From: Nanobdellota archaeon
GTDB lineage: Archaea; Nanobdellota; Nanobdellia; Nanobdellales; Nanobdellaceae
NCBI GenBank assembly: GCA_042850255.1
Contig: AP031373.1
Coordinates: forward strand, 150,001-182,000
Direction: 5' to 3'
DNA: 32,000 nucleotides
Shown in pieces: positions 24,900 to 32,000 of the stretch (position 1 is its first letter; every line of letters begins with the position of its first letter). The position numbers and the translations under genes were made by a program. Below the pieces are notes generated by a model, which was given only the letters and a program-made list of their open reading frames with translations, did no database searches and was not told the origin of the DNA.

Positions 24900-26288
24900 A
24901 TGGGTGTTATAAGAGAAAAATTAATAGAATTCTATAAAAAAAATAATGAAATTTTAGAAGATATTGTAAAGATATCTCAAAATAGAGAAGTAGGATATTT
25001 ATTAACTAATGGTTCTTTTGGACATAGACCTTCAAAGATTGAAACAAAAGAAGATATAATAGAATATTTAAAAAAAGGAGCTTTATCTTTTCATATATCA
25101 ATAGAAAGATGGGTAGATTTAAATATATTAGAAGATAAATCCTCTAAAAAAGAATTAAATGACTATAGATTAGGATGGGATTTTGTTATAGATATTGATG
25201 CTAAATCATTAGAATTATCAAAAATAACTGCTAGATTAATAATAGATTATTTAAAAAATAGAAATATTAAACCTATATATATTAAATATTCTGGTAATAA
25301 AGGATTTCATATAGCAATACCCTGGGAAATTTTTCCAGAAACCATTAATATAAACAAAAAGGATGAAATTGTTGAAGAAGAAACTAGGAAACTTTTTCCA
25401 GATTTGGCAAGAATATTAGCATTATATATTGCTGAAGAAATAAGAGAAAAATTAAAGAAAGTTATATTGTTGAAATTTAATGAAGAAGAAATAAAAAATT
25501 TTGGAGTAAATGATATAGAAAAATTTGATCCATATGAAATTATAGAAATAGATACTATTTTAATATCTACAAGACATTTAATAAGAAGTTTGTATTCTAT
25601 AAATGAAAAAACAGGTTATTTATCTATACCAATAAAAGAAAATTATATAGAAAAAATAATTCCAGAAGATGCTAGTTTAGATAATTATTCTTATGAAAAT
25701 ATACCATTTTTAACCGAAGATATTGATAGAAAAGAATCTAATGAATTTAAAGAATTTATATATTCATCATTATTATGGAAATTAAATAATGAAATTAAAA
25801 GTAAACAGATACAAAGATTAGCAGAGAAATATAAAAATCAAGAAGGAATTGAAGAAACTGAAAAAGATATAGAGGAAATAAAAAGGAAAAAAATTAATAT
25901 TGATGAAAATCTATTTCCTCCATGCATTAAAAATATACTTAACGGAAATATAGAAGATGGTAGAAAAAGAGCATTATTTATATTAATAAATTTTCTTGCG
26001 AATATAGGATGGGATTGGGAAAAAATAGAAAAATATATAAAAGAATGGAATGATAATTTAGATGAACCTTTGAGAGATAGATATTTAGAATATCAATTAG
26101 AATGGCATAAAAAAATATACAAAGAAAATAAAAAATATTTAACACCAAATTGTAATAATGAGATATATTATAAAGATATTGGAGTATGTAAACCTGATGA
26201 AATTTGTTCTTTAATTAAAAATCCTTTATCATATCCAATAAAAAAGATTAAAAATATAAAATCTTCTCAGGACTCTCAAAATAATTGA
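24900..26288 (+). CDS. pri: DNA primase, single-chain fusion of the PriS catalytic domain and a PriL-type Fe-S C-terminal domain
   Basis: The N-terminal half has WDFVIDIDA and SGNKGFHIAIPW (AEP primase motifs). The C-terminal part has FPPCIKNILNG..GRKRALFILINFL plus three more Cys (NCNN, GVCKPDEIC), which are PriL-CTD-like cluster ligands. Confidence 0.8.
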   Translation: MGVIREKLIEFYKKNNEILEDIVKISQNREVGYLLTNGSFGHRPSKIETKEDIIEYLKKGALSFHISIERWVDLNILEDKSSKKELNDYRLGWDFVIDIDAKSLELSKITARLIIDYLKNRNIKPIYIKYSGNKGFHIAIPWEIFPETININKKDEIVEEETRKLFPDLARILALYIAEEIREKLKKVILLKFNEEEIKNFGVNDIEKFDPYEIIEIDTILISTRHLIRSLYSINEKTGYLSIPIKENYIEKIIPEDASLDNYSYENIPFLTEDIDRKESNEFKEFIYSSLLWKLNNEIKSKQIQRLAEKYKNQEGIEETEKDIEEIKRKKINIDENLFPPCIKNILNGNIEDGRKRALFILINFLANIGWDWEKIEKYIKEWNDNLDEPLRDRYLEYQLEWHKKIYKENKKYLTPNCNNEIYYKDIGVCKPDEICSLIKNPLSYPIKKIKNIKSSQDSQNN

Positions 26289-26634
26289 TATAAAATTTTA
26301 ATTTTTCTATATTTTTTCTCAAATCCTCTACTTCTCTAACCTTAAAATATCTAAAGAATCTTTTTCTATCAATATCATTTATTATTATTCCTTCAGATTC
26401 CAATAAGCTTCTTAAATATTTATATAAAGAATTTCCCTTATTATCATTATCTGTTAGTATTATTACTTCTTTAAAATTCATAGATATATTTTCTAACCTT
26501 TTTATTTCATATATTGTATATATATTATTTAAACCCAATTCTCTTAAAACATCTTTATCCCTTTTTCCCTCAACTACAATAAAAGTATTTTCTTTATTTT
26601 TCATATATAATAAAAAACTTATAGCACCTTTCAT
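26248..26634 (-). CDS. Small Toprim-domain protein
   Basis: FIVVEGKRDKDVL and VIILTDNDNKGN (Toprim E and DxD motifs), 128 aa. The 3' end overlaps the primase gene convergently by 41 nt. Confidence 0.75.
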   Translation of the reverse strand: MKGAISFLLYMKNKENTFIVVEGKRDKDVLRELGLNNIYTIYEIKRLENISMNFKEVIILTDNDNKGNSLYKYLRSLLESEGIIINDIDRKRFFRYFKVREVEDLRKNIEKLKFYINYFESPEKILYF

Positions 26635-26704
26635 GATAATTTTTATATAATATAATATATTTTATAAGATTTTATTTTTAATTACAACAGTACTATATTT
26701 TAAT

Positions 26705-27190
26705 ATGCCTCCAAAGGAGAGAATAGTAGATGGAAAAACATTTACATATTCAGGATTAATTGACTTTGGAAAATTTTATAAATCAGCAAAGGAATATTGG
26801 GATGTTAAAGGTTTTGATTTTTTTGAAAATAAGCATGAAGAAAAGGTGAAGGATGATGGTTCTAGATCTATAAGTTTAGACTGGCATACAGAAAAAAAAG
26901 TTACAGATTATGTTACATACAGTTATGATATAAGTATAAATGCTGATAGTTTAAAAATATTAGATAATATGAAACAATATATAGAAAATTTAGTAATAAA
27001 AATAAATGGAGATTTAATTACAGATTATCAAAAATATTTTGGAGATAAACCTTTTAATATATTTTTGAGAGGATTATTTGAAAAATATTTATATGATAGT
27101 GAGTTAAAAGAACATAAGAAAAATGTAGGAAAAATTGCAGATGATTTTTTAAATTTAGCTAAAGACTTTACATCATCATTTAGACTATGA
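26705..27190 (+). CDS. Hypothetical protein, first of a possible tandem paralog pair
   Basis: 161 aa with no recognisable family. ATGA-coupled to the next ORF, with which it shares a weak collinear pattern. Confidence 0.6.
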   Translation: MPPKERIVDGKTFTYSGLIDFGKFYKSAKEYWDVKGFDFFENKHEEKVKDDGSRSISLDWHTEKKVTDYVTYSYDISINADSLKILDNMKQYIENLVIKINGDLITDYQKYFGDKPFNIFLRGLFEKYLYDSELKEHKKNVGKIADDFLNLAKDFTSSFRL

Positions 27191-27729
27191 GCTGGGAACA
27201 AATATATCAAACTAGGGTTAGATCTAAAATAAAATTTGTTCCTCAGGACTTTTATGAAAAATTCAAAAAATTTTTAGAAAGTAGAAAATGGGAAGGAGTT
27301 TTTAAAAAAGATAGATATGAAAAATATTATTATCATAAATTAACTCCTGAAGGATTAATGTTTGTAGAAGCTCAATGGGAAATGTACAAAAATTATTGGA
27401 AAGAAGAGCCAAAGATAGATTGGAAATTAGAAGTAACTATATTAATAAATGCGTATAGTATAAATACTTTAGTTGGAGATTTAGATATAAGTATAAAAAG
27501 TTCGCATAATGTTGAAGAATTTAAAGAACCGGATACTAGTAAATCCAAAGGAACTGAGAGTTTTTTATTATCTATAGGATTTAAAAATATTATGAAAAAT
27601 TTAGTATCAAATTTAGAAAAAGTAAGGGGAAAAAAGAAATTAATAGATATGTCTGGAAGAGACTTATATATAGAATCTGAAAATATAAAAAATTGGATAT
27701 TAGATTACTTTAAATTATATAAATATTAA
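27187..27729 (+). CDS. Hypothetical protein, second of a possible tandem paralog pair
   Basis: 180 aa. The pattern DF..(K)F.K.....G.F...(H/Y)EK....W....K...(I/V)(S/T)I.INA....GDL is shared with the upstream ORF. Confidence 0.6.
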   Translation: MSWEQIYQTRVRSKIKFVPQDFYEKFKKFLESRKWEGVFKKDRYEKYYYHKLTPEGLMFVEAQWEMYKNYWKEEPKIDWKLEVTILINAYSINTLVGDLDISIKSSHNVEEFKEPDTSKSKGTESFLLSIGFKNIMKNLVSNLEKVRGKKKLIDMSGRDLYIESENIKNWILDYFKLYKY

Positions 27730-28103
27730 ATATTAAAAATTTCTATATTTAATTCCTTAGCCTTATTTATTATTTGTTCTCTTTTTCTTTTACCTACAGT
27801 AGATGCTATTATTACTGCTTCTTTTTCCTTATCTACTTTTTCTAATTCTTCAACATTATAAACTATAACAGGTTTCTTTCCATTTGGTAATAATCCTTTT
27901 ACTTCTTTTGGAGATCCATAACCTACTTCCACCATTTTTGGCCTTCCTTTTAGTTTTTTCTTTATTTTGTTATGTATACCCTTTGGTCTTCTCCAAGAAT
28001 CTTTACTATTTCTTTGGGATATAGATCTCCACCAATATGGTCTTAAATAATCAGGCTTTTTCCTTTTTATTTTTTTCCTTAATTTTAATAATTTCTCCTT
28101 CAT
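27726..28103 (-). CDS. rpl32e: Ribosomal protein eL32 (L32e)
   Basis: WRRPKGIHNKIKKKLKG, VGYGSPKEV and TVGKRKR. Confidence 0.9.
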   Translation of the reverse strand: MKEKLLKLRKKIKRKKPDYLRPYWWRSISQRNSKDSWRRPKGIHNKIKKKLKGRPKMVEVGYGSPKEVKGLLPNGKKPVIVYNVEELEKVDKEKEAVIIASTVGKRKREQIINKAKELNIEIFNI

Positions 28104-28633
28104 GGTTTTTCAACGATATATATACCGTCTTGGAACTTTCTTAAATCCTTTTCCTTTGGCTTTACTGAATTTTCTATTAATCCTGCTAAATTTCCTAAAA
28201 CTTCTATATCATATCCTTCTAAGATTATTTCACTTTCATTTACATTTGCTTTTACCCCTTTTGGTATTTCTATTTCCTTTATATCTCTTCCGCCCATATA
28301 ATTTTCTATAACAATTTTATTTCCCTGTAATTTTATTTTTAATGGAAAATGAATAGAAACTCCTTTTAATTTGTATCTATATCCATTTACTACTCCATTT
28401 ATATCATTTTTTATATGAGAAATTATTGTATAAAAATCCTTTAATAATTTCTTAGATGGAAAGTATACCTTCAATGCCAATTTATTGTTTACTTTTTCAA
28501 CATATATATCTTTATTATTTATCTTTCTTTCCTTTTCTCCTTTAGGTCCCTTTATTTTTATTATATTTCCATTTATTTCTATATTTACATTATTAGGAAT
28601 ATCGATTTCTTCCATTACAATTGGAGGTCTCAT
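28100..28633 (-). CDS. rpl6: Ribosomal protein uL6
   Basis: Two-domain L6 pattern (IDIPNNVNIEINGNIIKIKGPKGE...), 177 aa. Confidence 0.9.
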   Translation of the reverse strand: MRPPIVMEEIDIPNNVNIEINGNIIKIKGPKGEKERKINNKDIYVEKVNNKLALKVYFPSKKLLKDFYTIISHIKNDINGVVNGYRYKLKGVSIHFPLKIKLQGNKIVIENYMGGRDIKEIEIPKGVKANVNESEIILEGYDIEVLGNLAGLIENSVKPKEKDLRKFQDGIYIVEKP

Positions 28634-28664
28634 CTTATTTTAGTATTGTCAAAAAAATTAAAAA

Positions 28665-29195
28665 TTATTCTTTTACAATATTGACTCCGAAATTATTCTT
28701 TAAATATTCGATAACTTCTTCCTTAGTAGTTCTATGTCTTTTTGGTATATCTGATTGTTTTATTCTTCTTATCATAACCCTATATCCAGGTCTTTTAACA
28801 GTCACTATTACATCCATTCCATATATACCAATCTCAGGATCATATTTCATACCAGGTATCCATACATACTCCTTTATCCCAAATCCAAAATTACCATATT
28901 GATCGAATTGAGATTCTTTTAATGTATTATTTACTGCTTTTAATAACCACTTTAATGTTTCTTCTGCTTCTTTTCCTCTTAATGTTAATTTTACTCCAAT
29001 TTCTAATCCAGGTCTTATTCCCCAAGCCTGTACTCTTTTCTTTGCTTTAGTTCTTACAGGTTTTTTATCTGGAAACATCTTTTTCAATAATCTTTCTGCT
29101 TTTTCTAATGGTTCACCAGGTTTTCCTACTCCTATATTAATAGTTAATTTATCTATTACAATTTTCCTCATAGGATTATTTTTATTTGAATTCAT
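28665..29195 (-). CDS. rpl5: Ribosomal protein uL5
   Basis: NPMRKIVIDKLTINIGVG, AWGIRPGLEIGVKLTLRG, 176 aa. Confidence 0.9.
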   Translation of the reverse strand: MNSNKNNPMRKIVIDKLTINIGVGKPGEPLEKAERLLKKMFPDKKPVRTKAKKRVQAWGIRPGLEIGVKLTLRGKEAEETLKWLLKAVNNTLKESQFDQYGNFGFGIKEYVWIPGMKYDPEIGIYGMDVIVTVKRPGYRVMIRRIKQSDIPKRHRTTKEEVIEYLKNNFGVNIVKE

Positions 29196-29923
29196 CTTAA
29201 TTTAATTAGAGGTTTATCTTCGCCTATTACAATAGAATAATCCCAGATTGTTTCTTCTTTATTATTATTATCTATATTTATATATTCTATAAACCTTGTA
29301 TGACCAAAAGGTTTCTTTATTATTTTTAATGATGATAGTTTTCCTATACTTCCAGCTTTAGCACCATAAAATATATATACTAAATTTCCTTCTTTCATCT
29401 TTATTATTTTTTCTATTTTATTTTCCTTTGTATTAAATAATATACTATCTCCAGTTTTTATATCTTTATCATCAACTACAAAATTTCTTCCATCTATTCC
29501 TGTTACCTGGATTTTTCCATCTTTTATTAACATTTTCTTATTTATTCTAATTATTTTATAATCTTTTTCTTCTTCTGGAATTTCTATTAATTTTAATTTT
29601 AAATTATTTGATATTATTACTCTATAATTTTTATTTAAATCTGGTAAAGATATAACATCAAATAATCCTACAGAATATCCCAGATCATTTATTTTTTTAT
29701 TATTAACTAAAACTTTTCCATTTTTCAACAAATATTTAACTTCTCTCTTTGTTTTTACAATATTTAAATAATCCCTTAACCATAAAAGAATTGGCATAGA
29801 ATATTCAAATTTATACCCTGTAGTACTTGGTCTTATAACCCAATAATATTTTTTTCTACTCACTGGCCAAGTTTTAGGTACTGCTAGTGATCTTAAGTGT
29901 CTTTTATTTGAAACATTAGCCAT
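29192..29923 (-). CDS. rps4e: Ribosomal protein eS4 (S4e)
   Basis: RHLRSLAVPKTWPVSRKK, S4 and KOW-like domains, 243 aa. Confidence 0.9.
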   Translation of the reverse strand: MANVSNKRHLRSLAVPKTWPVSRKKYYWVIRPSTTGYKFEYSMPILLWLRDYLNIVKTKREVKYLLKNGKVLVNNKKINDLGYSVGLFDVISLPDLNKNYRVIISNNLKLKLIEIPEEEKDYKIIRINKKMLIKDGKIQVTGIDGRNFVVDDKDIKTGDSILFNTKENKIEKIIKMKEGNLVYIFYGAKAGSIGKLSSLKIIKKPFGHTRFIEYINIDNNNKEETIWDYSIVIGEDKPLIKLR

Positions 29924-29961
29924 TTTATTTTAGATTTTAGAAATTATTTTAAAATTTATTT

Positions 29962-30474
29962 TTATTTAAGTTTCTTATTTATTTCCATTACTTTAGCCAG
30001 TTCATCATCTTTCACTGAGAAATTATTGATTATATCATTTAATTTTTCTTCAGGAATATTTTTACTCTTCATTTTCCTTTTAATAATTTCCAATCTTTTT
30101 TTATCTTTTAAATTTAATCTTAAAATCATAACTTTAGAGTAATGTATTGGTCTATATACTTCTTTTCCTCTTTTATTAGTAAATTTAACATTATCTATGT
30201 ATATTTTGTATCTTTTTCTATCTATGTATACGACAAATCCTTCAACATTTCTATATTTTCCCCTTAATACCTTAACATAATCCCCAACTCTTAATGGTAA
30301 AGAATTAATATTAATTATATTTTTTATATCTTTTGATAACATAGAAGAAATTATTTTACCTCTAATATGTAAAGGAGCATTAATTATATACTTCCTTTGT
30401 TTTTTTGGTTTTTTAGAACTATTCCAAGAAGGACTCCAATCTTTATAATTTATATTATTAATTTTTAATACCAT
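29962..30474 (-). CDS. rpl24: Ribosomal protein uL24 with a C-terminal K/E-rich extension
   Basis: KOW motif (LPLRVGDYVKVLRGKYRNVEGFV). At 170 aa it is roughly 45 aa longer than typical archaeal L24. Confidence 0.8.
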   Translation of the reverse strand: MVLKINNINYKDWSPSWNSSKKPKKQRKYIINAPLHIRGKIISSMLSKDIKNIININSLPLRVGDYVKVLRGKYRNVEGFVVYIDRKRYKIYIDNVKFTNKRGKEVYRPIHYSKVMILRLNLKDKKRLEIIKRKMKSKNIPEEKLNDIINNFSVKDDELAKVMEINKKLK

Positions 30475-30475
30475 T

Positions 30476-30880
30476 TTATACTATTATACTTGCTATTTTT
30501 CCAATTTCTGGCCACCTTTCTACAACTTCCCTTGCTACAGGTCCTCTTATAACAGTACCTGCTGGAGATCCTGTTTTTTCATCCTTAATTATAACACAAG
30601 CATTATCTTCAAATTTTATCCTAGTTCCATCTTTTCTTTTATATTCCTTTCTTTGTCTTATTATAACCGCTTTCATTACTTTTCCTATTAATGATAAATC
30701 CCCATCTATTATTGATACAGAAACTAAATCACCAACTCCAGCTTTTGCATATCTTCTCTTTATACCCTTATATCTAGATACAGAAACAACTTTTGCCAAC
30801 TTTGCCTTAGAATTATCAGCTACTTTTAATATTGTACCTACATTTATTCCCTTAGTTATACTTGCGCTAATTGGCTTCAT
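30476..30880 (-). CDS. rpl14: Ribosomal protein uL14
   Basis: LKVADNSKAK, AGVGDLVSVS, IKFEDNACVII and GPVAREV. Confidence 0.92.
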   Translation of the reverse strand: MKPISASITKGINVGTILKVADNSKAKLAKVVSVSRYKGIKRRYAKAGVGDLVSVSIIDGDLSLIGKVMKAVIIRQRKEYKRKDGTRIKFEDNACVIIKDEKTGSPAGTVIRGPVAREVVERWPEIGKIASIIV

Positions 30881-31212
30881 ATTTTATTAATTACAACAAA
30901 TTTTATTGTCTTTGATAAAGGCCTTGTTTCTCCAATCATTACTTTATCCCCTATATTAATATTTAAACATTTTGGAACATGAGCTTTTATTTTTGATTCC
31001 CTAGTTTCATATCTCTCATATTTAGGTAAATAGTAATACCTTGTAAACCTTACTAAAGCAACATTATGTTTTATTCTAACTACTTCTCCTTCAAATACAA
31101 ATCCTCTAATTCTAATTTCCCCATGCCATGGGCATTTTTTATCATTACATATATTTTCTGGAGGATTTATCCCTTCGATTCCTATATCTTTAACATAAGT
31201 CTTTTGTACCAT
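30877..31212 (-). CDS. rps17: Ribosomal protein uS17
   Basis: CNDKKCPWHGEIRIRG, YLPKYERYE and IGDKVMIGETRPLSKT. Confidence 0.9.
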   Translation of the reverse strand: MVQKTYVKDIGIEGINPPENICNDKKCPWHGEIRIRGFVFEGEVVRIKHNVALVRFTRYYYLPKYERYETRESKIKAHVPKCLNINIGDKVMIGETRPLSKTIKFVVINKI

Positions 31213-31249
31213 GTTTCATATAAATTATAAATAAATTTAAAAATAGTGA

Positions 31250-31308
31250 TAATTATGATGAAGGATCAACGATCTGATATAATGATGATTGATGGGCAAA
31301 ACTGATAT
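31250..31308 (+). ncRNA. C/D-box sRNA
   Basis: ATGATGA (31255..31261)-12 nt AGGATCAACGAT-CTGA (31274..31277)-TATA-ATGATGA (31282..31288)-13 nt TTGATGGGCAAAA-CTGA (31302..31305). All four boxes are canonical. Confidence 0.8.
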
Positions 31309-31325
31309 AAAATTTTAATAATTTA

Positions 31326-31438
31326 GTGGGCGGGCTTCCGTGCTTTCCCGGCTTTCGCCAGTACTCACACGGACGTGGGCCGGCTTGACTTCCGTGTTCG
31401 AAATGGGAACGGGTTTTTCCCGGCCACTTTGGCCGCCC
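31326..31438 (-). rRNA. rrf: 5S rRNA
   Basis: The minus strand reads GGGCGGCC...CCCGTTCCCATTTCGAACACGGAAGTCAAGCC...GTACTGG...GCCCGCCCAC. It has the conserved loop/helix segment (CCGAACACGGAAGTtAAGC-like) and a closing helix I. It is a GC-rich island in AT-rich DNA. The ends are good to +/- a few nt. Confidence 0.9.
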
Positions 31439-31466
31439 TTAATTTTTTCTTATTTATGAATATTTT

Positions 31467-31751
31467 TTAAATTTTTCTAATATTGAACCTTTTAACATTA
31501 CCGCAGTATAAACATTTATATATTATTCTTCCTTTTCTTATTCTTATTTGTAATGTTTTACCAATTATCCAGGGAGTATAACATCTTTTGCAAAATTTAT
31601 TTCTTAAATATTTTGGCAATCTTATTCTTGCTTTATTTTTTATTCTCCATAATATATAAATATATCTTCTAGCCAATTCTAAATTATCTATATTCTCCAG
31701 AGATTTTCTATATAATTCTTTTATCCTTTTTCTAGCTATTCTTTTATACAT
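31467..31751 (-). CDS. rnp4: RNase P protein component 4 (Rpp21/Rnp4)
   Basis: 94 aa with an N-terminal helical pair (RIARKRIKELY...ELARRYIYI) and the zinc ribbon CKRC...CLYCG, which is the Rpp21 layout. Confidence 0.8.
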   Translation of the reverse strand: MYKRIARKRIKELYRKSLENIDNLELARRYIYILWRIKNKARIRLPKYLRNKFCKRCYTPWIIGKTLQIRIRKGRIIYKCLYCGNVKRFNIRKI

Positions 31752-32000
31752 AAATCTTTATATCTTTTTCTTCATTTTTATCCAAATTTTTTACATATAT
31801 TATTATATTATCCTCAGAAGAGGAATTTACTTTAGGAATTAATATCTCTACTTTTTCTTTTCTATATTTATCTATCGGTATAACTACTGGGGAAATTAAA
31901 TTATAATACATTCTAAATTTTAAAGCGGCATATTGATCTTTAAAGTTTATATATTTGGTTCCTACTTCAAATTTTCTAATATATGGAGAATGATTTTTTA
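31744..32000 (-). CDS. Hypothetical protein, C-terminal fragment (runs off the right edge)
   Basis: My translation is ...KNHSPYIRKFEVGTKYINFKDQYAALKFRMYYNLISPVVIPIDKYRKEKVEILIPKVNSSSEDNIIIYVKNLDKNEEKDIKIYV*. Its stop overlaps the rnp4 start by 8 nt. Not in the ORF track. Confidence 0.55.
   Translation of the reverse strand, partial: KNHSPYIRKFEVGTKYINFKDQYAALKFRMYYNLISPVVIPIDKYRKEKVEILIPKVNSSSEDNIIIYVKNLDKNEEKDIKIYV

Noticed and set aside
1-32000. CRISPR arrays, IS elements, inteins, long tandem or inverted repeats
   Set aside because: Reading through the window, I saw no regularly spaced direct repeats, no transposase or integrase-like ORFs, no intein splice-junction blocks in ligase, primase, reverse gyrase or GluRS, and no long repeats beyond the short promoter duplication at 24842..24861.

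Overview
This is a very AT-rich, tightly packed archaeal window. Many gene pairs overlap by ATGA or TAATG, while the tRNAs and 5S rRNA are GC-rich. The gene content points to a reduced-genome hyperthermophile of the Nanoarchaeota/DPANN type (inference): a stand-alone reverse-gyrase topoisomerase module, a fused PriS-PriL primase, GatD plus GluRS, and scattered ribosomal-protein operons. Most of the window is informational housekeeping. It includes EF-1beta, DNA ligase, FtsZ and SepF, deoxyhypusine synthase, Rpo7/Spt4/RpoP, prefoldin beta, Rpp21, and the ribosomal proteins S17-L14-L24-S4e-L5-L6-L32e, S19e and L37Ae. RNA genes are tRNA-Ala(GGC), tRNA-Gly(UCC), an orphan 5S rRNA and three candidate C/D-box sRNAs. 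Three genes are missing from the ORF track: an edge-truncated reverse gyrase, a 57-aa Zn-ribbon gene and a 46-aa RpoP. The most unusual locus is 15.4-20.0 kb. There a HerA/FtsK-superfamily ATPase, with no NurA/Mre11/Rad50 partners in the window, is translationally coupled to three proteins with a single N-terminal anchor. These proteins are extremely Asn/Tyr-rich, dense in N-glycosylation sequons and carry paired cysteines (680, 106 and 146 aa). A fourth protein of the same kind (156 aa, prepilin-like N-terminus) converges on them and is ATGA-coupled to rps19e. I read this as a candidate undescribed surface or translocation apparatus. Other accessory content is a TreT-type trehalose synthase operon, a tandem pair of unknown possible paralogs, and an isochorismatase-like protein lacking the Cys nucleophile. 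No CRISPR array, transposase or integrase was seen.
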